A stretch of 64,000 bases of DNA from an uncultured Candidatus Saccharibacteria bacterium (GCA_964514595.1 CAZEQZ010000001.1:107914-171913), one strand, 5' to 3'. Shown: positions 7,813 to 17,563, numbered from the stretch's first letter. Notes: generated by a model not told the origin, from the letters alone. Program-made: numbers and translations.

Positions 7813-7813
7813 A

Positions 7814-8503
7814 TTACTCTTTCTTAGCGTAGCTTATCTTTACACTAGGTCCCATAGTTGGTGCTAAATGCATTCTTTTTATAGCTTGCATATATCCTTT
7901 TCCAATAGCACTCTCTACTGCTGATATAGCCTCATGAATATTCTCGATTAATTTTTCATCCTCCATATCTAACTTCCCAACACTCATATGTATTACGCCT
8001 GAAGCATCGCACGTAAATGTCTGTTTTCCTTTCTTGTATTCTTCTACTACTGAGGCAATATCCTCAGTTACAGTTCCTACCTTCGGATTAGGCATAAGGC
8101 CCTTAGGACCTAATTCTTTACCTAATACAGCAATCTGTGGCATAACAGAAGGTGTAGCTATTGCAACATCAAATTCAATCTTACCATCCTTAACATCCTT
8201 CATAAGTTTATCTAATCCTACAAAATCAGCACCAGCCTTTTTAGCAACCTCATCCTTATCTGGTGTTGTAAATACAGCTATCTTAACACTCTTTGTAGCT
8301 GTAGAGTGGGGTAGTGATACGCTTCCCTTTATTGATTTAGGATCCTTATCTTTAGGTATATTAATATCAATATGTGCCTCTAGCGAACCTACAAACTTTG
8401 AGTATGAAAGACTCTTAACTTTTTTTACCCCCTCCTCTAAAGAGTATGTTTTGGATCTATCTAAATCTTTTGACACTTTTTTATAATTTTTTCCTCTTCT
8501 CAT
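7814..8503 (-). CDS. rplA: 50S ribosomal protein L1
   Basis: LGPKGLMPNPKVGTVT, PTMGPSVK. Confidence 0.98.
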   Translation of the reverse strand: MRRGKNYKKVSKDLDRSKTYSLEEGVKKVKSLSYSKFVGSLEAHIDINIPKDKDPKSIKGSVSLPHSTATKSVKIAVFTTPDKDEVAKKAGADFVGLDKLMKDVKDGKIEFDVAIATPSVMPQIAVLGKELGPKGLMPNPKVGTVTEDIASVVEEYKKGKQTFTCDASGVIHMSVGKLDMEDEKLIENIHEAISAVESAIGKGYMQAIKRMHLAPTMGPSVKISYAKKE

Positions 8504-8520
8504 TCTAGTACTAGTATTAA

Positions 8521-8946
8521 TTAAAGTTCTACATCAACGCCCATCTGTTTTGCTGTCCCAGCTATTATTTTAGCTGCTTGGTCATAGTCAGATGTATTTA
8601 AGTCTGGCATCTTAATGTCTATTATTTTTTTAACCTGTTCCTTAGAAAGCTTTCCAACTTTGTTTAAGTTAGGTTTGTCAGAACCCCTTTTGATTTTTAA
8701 CTCCCTCCTTATCAACTCAGATGTGGGAGGAGTTTTTAGTATGAAATCAAAGGATCTGTCTTCGTATATAGTCAATATCACAGGAGTCAGGATACCATTA
8801 CTCTCCTTTGTTCTTTCATTGAATTGAGAGCAAAAATCTTGTGTATTAATACCGTATGGAGCTAATGTTGGACCTATTGGAGGTGCCATTGTAGCTTGTC
8901 CAGCTGGTATTGTTATTTTTATAACTTTTTTAATCTCTTTTGCCAT
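8521..8946 (-). CDS. rplK: 50S ribosomal protein L11
   Basis: PAGQATMAPPIGPTL, LKTPPTS, IIAGTAKQMG. Confidence 0.98.
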   Translation of the reverse strand: MAKEIKKVIKITIPAGQATMAPPIGPTLAPYGINTQDFCSQFNERTKESNGILTPVILTIYEDRSFDFILKTPPTSELIRRELKIKRGSDKPNLNKVGKLSKEQVKKIIDIKMPDLNTSDYDQAAKIIAGTAKQMGVDVEL

Positions 8947-8970
8947 ATTAGTATAAACTATTTAAATATT

Positions 8971-9552
8971 CTAAAGCTTAGTAACTTGAGAAAGATCAAG
9001 CTCTACAGGAGCCTCTCTACCAAGGAATGAGATGAGGACTTTTATCTTTCCTTTAGTAGTATCTATCTCTTGTACACTTCCTATGAAGTCTGCAAATGCA
9101 CCATCAGTTATTTTAACTGCTTCTCCAACACTAAATGATGTCTTAAATGATGGCTGTTCCACTTCCATGAATTTTGTAATTGCCATTACCTCAGATTCTG
9201 CCAAAGGCTTTGGATATTTATCTGTTTTAACAAAGCCCCTTACCCCCTCTGTATTAGTTACTATATCCCATGTTTTATTGTCTAATTCCATCTTGATTAG
9301 AATATATCCAGGAAATATCTTCTCTTCTTTCACATCCTGTTTGCCTTTTTTAACAAAAATCTTCTTCTGTACAGGAACTAATATATCTACAATCTTATCC
9401 TGCATCCCTGTTGCTTCTGCTCTTTGATTTATTTCCTTCTGTATACTATTTTCGTATCCAGTTCTAATATTTAACACATACCACTTAGCATTAGGATTGC
9501 TCTTCTTTTTACTTTTTACTACTTTCTTTTCTTTTTTAATTTCTTTTGTCAT
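8971..9552 (-). CDS. nusG: Transcription termination/antitermination factor NusG
   Basis: KWYVL, IFPGYILIKM, KOW motif GEAVKITDGAFADFIG. Confidence 0.97.
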   Translation of the reverse strand: MTKEIKKEKKVVKSKKKSNPNAKWYVLNIRTGYENSIQKEINQRAEATGMQDKIVDILVPVQKKIFVKKGKQDVKEEKIFPGYILIKMELDNKTWDIVTNTEGVRGFVKTDKYPKPLAESEVMAITKFMEVEQPSFKTSFSVGEAVKITDGAFADFIGSVQEIDTTKGKIKVLISFLGREAPVELDLSQVTKL

Positions 9553-9562
9553 ATTTGTTTAA

Positions 9563-9733
9563 TTAAACATTAAGAAACCAATCTCTTAATTTGAAAAGAA
9601 TCAAATCAAGACCTACCATTACGGCAGCGATTATACCACACAGTATTAGTGTATATATTGTTAACTGCAATAATTCCTTCTTAGAAGGCCACTTACTATT
9701 CTTTAATTCTGTTACTATATCTCTTATTTTCAT
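9563..9733 (-). CDS. secE: Preprotein translocase subunit SecE (56 aa)
   Basis: Hand translation MKIRDIVTELKNSKWPSKKELLQLTIYTLILCGIIAAVMVGLDLILFKLRDWFLNV; EL...WPS motif, one TM segment, upstream of nusG. Confidence 0.93.
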   Translation of the reverse strand: MKIRDIVTELKNSKWPSKKELLQLTIYTLILCGIIAAVMVGLDLILFKLRDWFLNV

Positions 9734-9746
9734 CTTTATATATATT

Positions 9747-9822
9747 TGGCAGGCCCACTCCGACTTGAACGGAGAACTACGGTTTTGGAGACCGCTGTTT
9801 TACCAATTGAAACTATGGGCCC
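9747..9822 (-). tRNA. tRNA-Trp (CCA)
   Basis: Cloverleaf GGGCCCA...CT-CCA-AA...GTTCAAGTC...TGGGCCTG with encoded 3' CCA. Confidence 0.96.
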
Positions 9823-9838
9823 TAAATTGGTAAAAGAG

Positions 9839-10006
9839 CTACTGTTTTACTTTGGTCTCTTTATGTACTGTATGTGCCTGGCACTTGGAACAGTACTTCT
9901 TTTTTTCAATTTTTTCTTTCAGATTTTTACCTTTAAACGCAGTATAGTTTTTTGTTCCACAGATCTCACATTTAAAAGCAATGATATCTCTCTTTACTTT
10001 AGCCAT
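9839..10006 (-). CDS. rpmG: 50S ribosomal protein L33 (Zn-binding type)
   Basis: Hand translation MAKVKRDIIAFKCEICGTKNYTAFKGKNLKEKIEKKKYCSKCQAHTVHKETKVKQ. Confidence 0.95.
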   Translation of the reverse strand: MAKVKRDIIAFKCEICGTKNYTAFKGKNLKEKIEKKKYCSKCQAHTVHKETKVKQ

Positions 10007-10131
10007 ATTTTTCGGGAATCAAATTTAGAATAATGGGAAAATACTCCGTATTATATTGGAAATAGTAGGGGAGGTCAAATATTTTTTAGGTTTTGAAAAA
10101 ATTATATATTGGTGTATTATTTATTTAATAT

Positions 10132-11070
10132 ATGGATGAAAATATAAAGGGAGGAAATTCTACAACGGAGAGTTCTGAGGGATCTTCAAAATCGGCTAGA
10201 ATAGTAGCTGCTGGTCTGGCTGTAGCAGGAGCCCTTACTCCAAAGGATGCTGTGTCTGCAATGACCGTGGATAATTACGATTCTAATACTGCTCCTGTAG
10301 TGGAGACAACGGGAAAGACTTCAGAGGAGATGTATTCTACTCCCGGTATTGAGGCGGTTAGGGAGGATCAGATGATGCCTTCCGTTCAAGAAATAGATCC
10401 AATTACAGAAAAAGGTGGAATTGTTTTCCCAGGGATAGACTATGAGTTTATGGTGGTATCTCCTTTGGGAGCATACGGTCCAGATGGCACATACTATCCC
10501 AACGCACTGCCAGAGGGTGGTATTATTAGTATAGGTGGTGTAGAGGCAGAGGTTACATATAATACAGGATATTTCCCAGAAGGGATAACGTTTCTCAATT
10601 TTCCTTCGGGGGAGGGGTTAGAGGCAGGACAAGTATTTCCGTATATGGCTTTTGTTCCTTACAATAGGGCTTTTAGGGGAACTAATTTTGCTGAGAATCA
10701 TCAGGGGAGTAAGGAGAAAACGGTATATTCAGATTCCAGGAAGGGAGGAGTGTCATATGTTGTGATGCCAATAGTAGTCTCAGGGAGGGTATCAACGATA
10801 TTTCCTCCAGATGTAGAAAATGGAAAGATTATCGAGGGTCCTACAAAAAGTTTGAAATTAGCAGCAAAAGGGATAACGACGGATACAAGTGGAGGAGTGG
10901 ATTGGCTTTTCTGTTCACTTAGTCAGAAGGAAGATGGGAAAGTTCTATTAAAAGTAGAGGCTATTTTAATCAATGATGGTTCTGGTGCAGGGGTATACAT
11001 GGATCCTCAAGGTGTTCCTATTGAAATGGCTAGTAAATTAAGGTCTGCCGGTTGGGATTCGGAGTTTTGA
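10132..11070 (+). CDS. Hypothetical protein, possibly exported
   Basis: 312-aa ORF with an Ala-rich hydrophobic segment (IVAAGLAVAGAL) near the N-terminus; no family recognised. Confidence 0.7.
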   Translation: MDENIKGGNSTTESSEGSSKSARIVAAGLAVAGALTPKDAVSAMTVDNYDSNTAPVVETTGKTSEEMYSTPGIEAVREDQMMPSVQEIDPITEKGGIVFPGIDYEFMVVSPLGAYGPDGTYYPNALPEGGIISIGGVEAEVTYNTGYFPEGITFLNFPSGEGLEAGQVFPYMAFVPYNRAFRGTNFAENHQGSKEKTVYSDSRKGGVSYVVMPIVVSGRVSTIFPPDVENGKIIEGPTKSLKLAAKGITTDTSGGVDWLFCSLSQKEDGKVLLKVEAILINDGSGAGVYMDPQGVPIEMASKLRSAGWDSEF

Positions 11071-11505
11071 TTAGAGAATTGTCCAAGATAGAGTGTCTTT
11101 CTTTTTTGCAAACTTCAAACCTTCTAGTATGGTATAGGGTATCCAATCTTTGATGCTATTACTATATCCATTGTCAAAATTATGGTCTTCTACAGCAACT
11201 ACTTTTTTGTCCCCTAGATTAAAAACTAAGGCTAAACATCTTTTTTGTTTACTAAACAACATTTTGCGTTCATCAGAGGTAATGTCTTCTGGCGGATATA
11301 CTATAACATTTGGTCCTACGAAATCATTACTATATTGTGTCCTTACACCCAATCCGTCGTCTACTATATTGAATATCCCTGTTTCGTCTAATAATTGATT
11401 AACCCCATCGGAAAGTGACTCTAGTGTCTCAGAAGATATTTCCATACAATCTTCTGTTATATATGAGGTTGATCCTCCGTTAAAACCTTCTGTCTTTACA
11501 GGCAT
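11071..11505 (-). CDS. Hypothetical protein
   Basis: 144-aa ORF with an AT-rich upstream region, convergent with and abutting the previous ORF. Confidence 0.6.
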   Translation of the reverse strand: MPVKTEGFNGGSTSYITEDCMEISSETLESLSDGVNQLLDETGIFNIVDDGLGVRTQYSNDFVGPNVIVYPPEDITSDERKMLFSKQKRCLALVFNLGDKKVVAVEDHNFDNGYSNSIKDWIPYTILEGLKFAKKKDTLSWTIL

Positions 11506-11582
11506 AATATATTAAGGTTAAATTTAAAAGAATAGCGAGCATTATATACTATTAATTAGAATTTGTAAAAACTATGGGACAA

Positions 11583-11656
11583 AGCTGGATCTGAGAATCG
11601 AACTCAGGACCTCATTCTTACCATGAATGTGCTCTAACCAACTGAGCTAATCCAGC
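11583..11656 (-). tRNA. tRNA-Thr (GGT)
   Basis: GCTGGATTAGCTCAGTTGG...AT-GGT-AA...GTTCGATTC...ATCCAGCT; no encoded CCA. Confidence 0.95.
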
Positions 11657-11725
11657 AATTATAGGAAGATGTCGAGATGCTGATTTAGCATTCTGGACAA
11701 CCCTCCACACTATAAGTTAGCGGGA

Positions 11726-11808
11726 TGCAGAGGACAGGATTTGAACCTGTGTATCCCGAAGGAGTCGGATTTACAGTCCGATGCGTTTGACCACTCCGCC
11801 ACCTCTGC
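11726..11808 (-). tRNA. tRNA-Tyr (GTA)
   Basis: GCAGAGGTGGCGGAGTGG...CT-GTA-AA, long variable arm, GGTTCAAATCC; no encoded CCA. Confidence 0.95.
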
Positions 11809-11812
11809 TTAT

Positions 11813-11889
11813 TGGAGCCGAAGAAGAGATTCGAACTCTTGACCTACTGTTTACAAAACAGTTGCTCTGACCAACTGAGCTACTTCGGC
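11813..11889 (-). tRNA. tRNA-Thr (TGT)
   Basis: GCCGAAGTAGCTCAGTTGG...TT-TGT-AA...GTTCGAATC...TTCGGCT with encoded CCA. Confidence 0.96.
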
Positions 11890-11945
11890 ATTCGCAGTTG
11901 CAAGTTTAATATATGTAGAAAATATAGTCAATATAAGAAGGGAAA

Positions 11946-12091
11946 TGCTCTAGAAGGTGTGGAATCATAGAGCTCTGTATTCAAAGTGGGTTTCCGCAAC
12001 CTGGTCCCACGGGACCAAGCAATTTTTGCTGTTTGGAATCCCTAAGCTCTTTAGTATGGAGCTATGAAACCACAGTATTCCAACTAGAGCA
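11946..12091. ncRNA. Structured ncRNA candidate (6S RNA-like rod)
   Basis: Nested inverted repeats TGCTCTAG/CTAGAGCA, GTGGAATCATAG/CTATGAAACCAC, and inner hairpin TGGTCCC-A-CGGGACCA in a non-coding gap. Confidence 0.5.
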
Positions 12092-12151
12092 GTATATTTT
12101 ACCCCAAAGAAACATTGAAATACAAATATATTTGAGCCTATAAGGCCGATT

Positions 12152-12772
12152 CTAGAGGAAGCCCAGTATAGTTAAACTTCTAGTTATTACGGTTGATATA
12201 TATATCCCCGCTAAAGACCCTGAATTTGCTATGGGAAGGATCAAAATAGCTAACATAACGAATTGAATCTTCTCTAACTGCTCCCAGTAGTAGCGGATAC
12301 TTCTTGGCAGTATAGCTCTTACTATCTTATGTCCATCCAATGGTGGAATTGGTATTAAATTGAAGAAAGCTAACGCCAAGTTGACTAGTGTAAAGGTTAG
12401 TAGGAAGGAGCCTGCAATAGTTGTTAAATCAGGCCTAAATATATAGTTTATTAATCCTAATACGATTGCCATAAGAATGTTTGATAGGGGACCAGCTAGT
12501 GCCGTAATTGCAGTACCAAACTCTCTCTTGTTGAAGTTATACTCATTTATTGGTACTGGCTTACTCCAACCAAATCTAAAAAGTACCATACAGAGTGCTC
12601 CCAGAGGATCTATATGTGCTAATGGATTTAAGGTGAGTCGACCCTCAGATTTTGCAGTAGGGTCACCTAATTTGAAAGCAGCTAATCCATGTGCATACTC
12701 ATGAATAGTTGATGCTACTAATATTGATGGGATTGCAAATAGAATCCAATATATTGTTTCTGAAGTGATCAT
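12152..12772 (-). CDS. Site-2 protease family (M50) membrane metalloprotease
   Basis: HEYAH, AGPLSN, FNLIPIPPLDG. Confidence 0.93.
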   Translation of the reverse strand: MITSETIYWILFAIPSILVASTIHEYAHGLAAFKLGDPTAKSEGRLTLNPLAHIDPLGALCMVLFRFGWSKPVPINEYNFNKREFGTAITALAGPLSNILMAIVLGLINYIFRPDLTTIAGSFLLTFTLVNLALAFFNLIPIPPLDGHKIVRAILPRSIRYYWEQLEKIQFVMLAILILPIANSGSLAGIYISTVITRSLTILGFL

Positions 12773-12792
12773 ATCTAATTATATCATCTACA

Positions 12793-12821
12793 TTGACTGA
12801 ATCTCTCAACTTATATATAAT
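12793..12821 (+). promoter_or_regulatory. Sigma70-type promoter for rpmB
   Basis: TTGACT-17 nt-TATAAT; the ATG follows after 9 nt. Confidence 0.75.
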
Positions 12822-12830
12822 ACCCTCGTT

Positions 12831-13052
12831 ATGTCAAAATTATGTGAAATTTGTGGAAAATCTACAGTAGCTGGAAATAGGATACAGCATAAGCACTCCG
12901 TTGGTTGGAGATATAAAGCACCTAAGACAAAGAGGCAGTTTAAGCCTAATCTTAGAAGCATAGAAGTCGAAGTAGATGGTCAACCTATGAAAGTATCTAC
13001 CTGTATGAAGTGTTACAAGAGATTGCAGAAGGAATCTGGAACAGAAAAATAA
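12831..13052 (+). CDS. rpmB: 50S ribosomal protein L28
   Basis: CEICGK...GN...KTKRQFKPNL...CMKC. Confidence 0.95.
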   Translation: MSKLCEICGKSTVAGNRIQHKHSVGWRYKAPKTKRQFKPNLRSIEVEVDGQPMKVSTCMKCYKRLQKESGTEK

Positions 13053-13128
13053 TCAGTATACAGTTGATATTTTTTAACACAGACACTCGTGTTCTTTTTT
13101 CTTAAATGATAGAATCAGTATAACAATT

Positions 13129-14184
13129 ATGAATTTTTTTGAATCCCTTTGGGGACTTGTAACATATGATTTAGGAATAGACTTGGGGACTGCTAACACC
13201 ATGGTATATATGCGAAATCATGGGATTGTTGTATCAGAGCCCTCTGTTGTAGCTATAGAAAAGAGAAGTAAAACAATACTAGCAGTCGGGAAAGAAGCCA
13301 GGCAAATGATCGGGAGAACTCCAGCAAATATTGTTGCTATAAGACCTCTTAAGGATGGAGTAATATCGGATTTTGATACTACGCAGGCCATGATTCATCA
13401 TTTTATACATAAAGCACATAACTACTTTGGTAAGGGTTTTAAGATACCTAGGCCAAGGGTGATAGTGGGGGTGCCTTCCTCTGTAACTGAAGTTGAAAGA
13501 CAAGCGGTTATAGATGCAGCAAAAACAGCAGGAGCTAGGGAGGTATTCATTGTAGAGGAAGCTATGGCAGCTGCAATAGGTGCAGGCCTACCTATAGAAG
13601 ATGCCTCTGGAAGTATGATTATAGATGTTGGAGGAGGAACTACTGATATAGCAGTATTCTCTTTGGGTGACATAGTTGTAGACAAGACTATGAAGGTAGC
13701 TGGGGATGAAATGGATGAAGATATCATTAACTATGTTAGAAGTAAGTACAATATGTTAATTGGGGAGAGAACAGCCGAGGATATCAAAATATCAATGGGA
13801 TCTGCCATGCCAATGAAGAAAGAGAAAAAGGTAAATGTGCAAGGTAGGGACCTATTAACAGGTCTTCCAAAGACAGTAGAGCTTAGTAGCATAGAAGTAA
13901 GGGAGGGGATGATGAATTCAATATTGATAATAACGGAATCTATAAAAGATGCTATAGAGGAGACACCTCCAGAGCTTCTGAGGGACTTACTTACTACAGG
14001 TGTAAGTCTGACAGGGGGAGGAGCTCTTATTAGGGGGTTGGACGTCTTTTGGTCCAAGGAATTAAATATTCCTGTTAAGGTAGTGGAGGATCCTCTTTCT
14101 ACAGTCGCTAGAGGTACAGCATTGATGTTGGACCATATAGAACTTTTAGACAGGGTCCAAAAATCGTGGCAGGAATTGGTTTAA
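13129..14184 (+). CDS. mreB: Rod shape-determining protein MreB
   Basis: GIDLGTANT, RPLKDGVI, IDVGGGTTD, LTGGGALIRG. Confidence 0.98.
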   Translation: MNFFESLWGLVTYDLGIDLGTANTMVYMRNHGIVVSEPSVVAIEKRSKTILAVGKEARQMIGRTPANIVAIRPLKDGVISDFDTTQAMIHHFIHKAHNYFGKGFKIPRPRVIVGVPSSVTEVERQAVIDAAKTAGAREVFIVEEAMAAAIGAGLPIEDASGSMIIDVGGGTTDIAVFSLGDIVVDKTMKVAGDEMDEDIINYVRSKYNMLIGERTAEDIKISMGSAMPMKKEKKVNVQGRDLLTGLPKTVELSSIEVREGMMNSILIITESIKDAIEETPPELLRDLLTTGVSLTGGGALIRGLDVFWSKELNIPVKVVEDPLSTVARGTALMLDHIELLDRVQKSWQELV

Positions 14185-14199
14185 TCTTTATTAGTCATA

Positions 14200-15030
14200 A
14201 TGAAAAAGGGTACAAGTCAATTATCTAAAGAGTATTTCCTTCTGGTCTTTTCTGTATTTGCGGGTGTGTTATTTTTTCTGATGGATACATTGGGTATACT
14301 TTCTCCTTTGAGATCTGGAATTTCCTTTGTGGTGTCACCTGTTGCTTATGAGGCCAGTGTTATTGGTAGAGAAGGGAGGGAGTATCTTGAAACATTTATT
14401 CGTTTAAGGGAGTTTAGGGATGAGTATAACCAGTTGAGTATAGACATATACGAGAAGGAAGTAGAAAATTCCTTTTATACATTACTCAAAGAGGAAAATG
14501 AATCATTAAAGAAGCAAATAGCACTTGTCGGTGTTGATCAAAACTACATTATGGCAAAGGTTTTAAACGGAGAGGAGTATGATTTTTTAAGGATAAACAA
14601 GGGAGAGAGTTCGGGAGTAGTGGTAGGTGATGTGGTTACTTTGGGAAACATGTTTGTTGGGATAGTTACTGGTGTAGACAGGGAATCTTCCTTGGTTAGA
14701 TTGGCTACTAATAGAAGTAGTAATCTAGAAGTAATAGTTGTAAAAAAAGGGGTGGAGGAAGGGAAGGTGAGAGAGGATATAAGTGTTCTTGCTAGGGGGG
14801 TAGTTAATGGGTCTGCAGACGGTATTAGAATAGAAAACATTGCTATGGATGCAGATATTAGCAATGGTGATGTTGTTGTTGTAAACGATTCAAAGGTCGG
14901 GGAGTATTTGATTTTAGGATACTTAGTAGGTCTTTCAGAAAATCCTGCTGCCACATCTAGAACAGGCTATGTATCGTCGATAGTTGACTATAACAGGTTG
15001 GTAACGGTATTTGTTAGGGTAACTTTTTAA
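14200..15030 (+). CDS. mreC: Rod shape-determining protein MreC
   Basis: N-terminal TM, coiled coil LKEENESLKKQI, INKGESSGV; follows mreB. Confidence 0.9.
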   Translation: MKKGTSQLSKEYFLLVFSVFAGVLFFLMDTLGILSPLRSGISFVVSPVAYEASVIGREGREYLETFIRLREFRDEYNQLSIDIYEKEVENSFYTLLKEENESLKKQIALVGVDQNYIMAKVLNGEEYDFLRINKGESSGVVVGDVVTLGNMFVGIVTGVDRESSLVRLATNRSSNLEVIVVKKGVEEGKVREDISVLARGVVNGSADGIRIENIAMDADISNGDVVVVNDSKVGEYLILGYLVGLSENPAATSRTGYVSSIVDYNRLVTVFVRVTF

Positions 15031-15043
15031 TTTAAATATAGAT

Positions 15044-15544
15044 ATGGCTATAAACATTCTTTTAACAGTTTTGGGTGTCTTTGCAATTTTATTTGTGGAG
15101 AGTTTATTAGTAGCACTCTTTAATTTTAGAGTTGTGATTGTTCTCTTCCTTTTTCTGTTTAAAAAGATCGATTGGAAGCCACTTCTTGTTATATTTGGAA
15201 TAATCTCCCTGCTACTGGATGTTGTAAATAATTTACCCCTTGGGAGCAATTTGTTGATCATTTCTGTTGTTTTAGGTATCTTGATGTTAAGTTCAGTCTT
15301 CTTTTCCCTTGACTCCGATATTACTGCATTTCTGGTTAAATTCTTTGTTGTGGCAATATACTACATACTTCTTGTTATAACTCCAAATTTTTTAGTAACT
15401 GGAAGGTTCGGATTTTTAAGCTTGAATGATATTCTTTCTTCTATAATTAAGGCTGTTGTTACAACGTTTTTATTTATACTTTTAGAAAACATATTTACTG
15501 GATTTAGAAGTAGGGGAAATGCTTCGCAAATTCGATTAAAATAA
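15044..15544 (+). CDS. mreD: Probable rod shape-determining protein MreD
   Basis: 166-aa polytopic membrane protein with GIISLLLD, between mreC and PBP2. Confidence 0.7.
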   Translation: MAINILLTVLGVFAILFVESLLVALFNFRVVIVLFLFLFKKIDWKPLLVIFGIISLLLDVVNNLPLGSNLLIISVVLGILMLSSVFFSLDSDITAFLVKFFVVAIYYILLVITPNFLVTGRFGFLSLNDILSSIIKAVVTTFLFILLENIFTGFRSRGNASQIRLK

Positions 15545-15547
15545 GGT

Positions 15548-17563
15548 ATGGATTTAAAAATATCAAAACAGCTAAATAGCACTGTTAAAAGAAATGTCTC
15601 TAATGGGGGGAAGGGGTTTGATGTGGGGTATATGACAAAGAATATTAAGAGATCACTTCTTCAACCTTCGCAGTCTAATTCTGATTTGAGGTGGAATTAT
15701 TTATTAATATTTTTCATTTTTATACTATTCTTTGCGGTATTAATACTGGAATTGTCCTCTTTGCAAGTCGCACATGGGGAAGAAATGCTAATAAAATCGG
15801 AAAATAATCAGATTAAAATAAGAAAAATTCCTGCATATAGGGGAGTTATATTTGATAGAAATGGGAAAAAGCTTGTTGTTAATGAATCATCTATGAACGT
15901 GTATCTGGCATTAGAACACTATCTTGATGAGGATGGATATATAGATACACAGTTAGTGGAGGAATCCAGTGATACCCTTGCGGGTATCCTGGGTGATAAT
16001 TGGAGTAATACAGTAGCAGATGATGAGGAGATTCCTCCATATACCTCAATTTCGGAGAAGATATACTCTTTGCACAAGGAAAGTCCCTATTTTACAGAAA
16101 TATTGATAGCTACGGATATAGATAATGATACTGCAATAAAGATTAAGGCTAGAGCTGAGAGTCTTCCAGGTGTGTATATAGATAGTGGTAATAAGAGGAT
16201 GTATCCAGAGAGGGAAATACTGTCACATATTTTAGGGTATACAGGTACAGTCTCTGCCGAAGATTTAGATGAGTTAGAGTATATTCAACCAACGGATGTT
16301 ATAGGAAGAACAGGTCTTGAGAGGAAATATGACAAGGAGCTTTTAGGTGAGTATGGAGAAATTGCTTGGGAAGTGGATGCCATGGGAAGGACTATTTCAA
16401 AAGAAGGATATATTGTAAAGGAGCCTGTCTCTGGTAAGAATTTGTATCTTTCTTTGGATTTGGAGATGCAAAGGAAGTTGTATGAGATTCTCCAAAATGG
16501 AGTTTCAGAATACGGTGCAGTAGGGGGGGCAGGAATACTTCAAGATCCTAATACGGGGGAAATATTAGCATTAGTCTCTTTTCCTAGCTATGATAACAAC
16601 CTTTTTGTCGGAGGTATATCTGTTGCAGGGTATGGAGAGTTAATAAATGATACTCGAAATCCGCTAATGAATAGGGCAATAGCTGCACAGATGCCCCCAG
16701 GCTCCACATTCAAGACCATAGTTGCTGTGGGGGGATTGGAAGGCAAGGCAATTACAAAGAATACGATATATGTGAGTAGGAGGGGGTATACATTTTCTAG
16801 TGGTGCTCCTTTCCAAGACTATCGCAATATAGCATATGGATCTTTGAATTTGATAGATGCAATAGCGGTTTCTTCAAATATCTACTTCTGTGAATTAATC
16901 AGGAACTGGGATATGAATAAGTTAGTTCCATATTTGGAAAAGTTTGGAATAGGGCGATATACAGGAATAGATATCCCAGGGGAGGCTCCTGGAAGGATGC
17001 CTTCTCCTGCGAATAAGATAGCTCTTGCCAATACCATTAGTCCTTGGCTAGACCCTGTATGGTATCCAGAGGGAGATTCATGTAACTCTGTCATAGGCCA
17101 AGGTATTGCTTTGGTCACACCATTGCAAATGGTTAATTGGGTTTCTGCTATCGCCAATGATGGTACGCTATACACTCCTCACGTGGGAGGGTATTTCCTA
17201 GATGAAGAGAAAGAAAGGACAACATTGGAATATGAACCAATATATACAGAGGTTGCGTCCAAGGAATCCCTTAAGACAGTTAGGGAGGGTATGTGGGCAG
17301 CAGTAAATGGTCCTAGGGCAACAATTAGAACTCTTTCGGGGATGAAGGTGGCCGTTGCAGCTAAAACAGGTACTGCAGAGTTTGGGGCTATAAATAAGGA
17401 TGGGCAGTATGAAAATACTCATGCTTGGGCTACGGGTTTCTTCCCCTATGAAAATCCTAAATACTCTTTCACAATATTTCTCGAGGATGGTGGAGAAAGT
17501 ATTAATGCTGTTAGATTGGCAAGGCAAATGATTGAATGGATGATTGAGAATGAGTTAATCTAG
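15548..17563 (+). CDS. mrdA: Penicillin-binding protein 2 (class B)
   Basis: RGVIFDRNG, PGSTFK (SxxK), SSN (SxN), KTGTAE. Confidence 0.95.
   Translation: MDLKISKQLNSTVKRNVSNGGKGFDVGYMTKNIKRSLLQPSQSNSDLRWNYLLIFFIFILFFAVLILELSSLQVAHGEEMLIKSENNQIKIRKIPAYRGVIFDRNGKKLVVNESSMNVYLALEHYLDEDGYIDTQLVEESSDTLAGILGDNWSNTVADDEEIPPYTSISEKIYSLHKESPYFTEILIATDIDNDTAIKIKARAESLPGVYIDSGNKRMYPEREILSHILGYTGTVSAEDLDELEYIQPTDVIGRTGLERKYDKELLGEYGEIAWEVDAMGRTISKEGYIVKEPVSGKNLYLSLDLEMQRKLYEILQNGVSEYGAVGGAGILQDPNTGEILALVSFPSYDNNLFVGGISVAGYGELINDTRNPLMNRAIAAQMPPGSTFKTIVAVGGLEGKAITKNTIYVSRRGYTFSSGAPFQDYRNIAYGSLNLIDAIAVSSNIYFCELIRNWDMNKLVPYLEKFGIGRYTGIDIPGEAPGRMPSPANKIALANTISPWLDPVWYPEGDSCNSVIGQGIALVTPLQMVNWVSAIANDGTLYTPHVGGYFLDEEKERTTLEYEPIYTEVASKESLKTVREGMWAAVNGPRATIRTLSGMKVAVAAKTGTAEFGAINKDGQYENTHAWATGFFPYENPKYSFTIFLEDGGESINAVRLARQMIEWMIENELI

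Noticed and set aside
9591-10033. Plus-strand ORFs 9591..9833 and 9746..10033
   Set aside because: Antisense shadows of secE, tRNA-Trp and rpmG.
11657-11725. Possible degenerate tRNA-Gly between Tyr and Thr
   Set aside because: Only a simple hairpin; no T-loop or acceptor stem.
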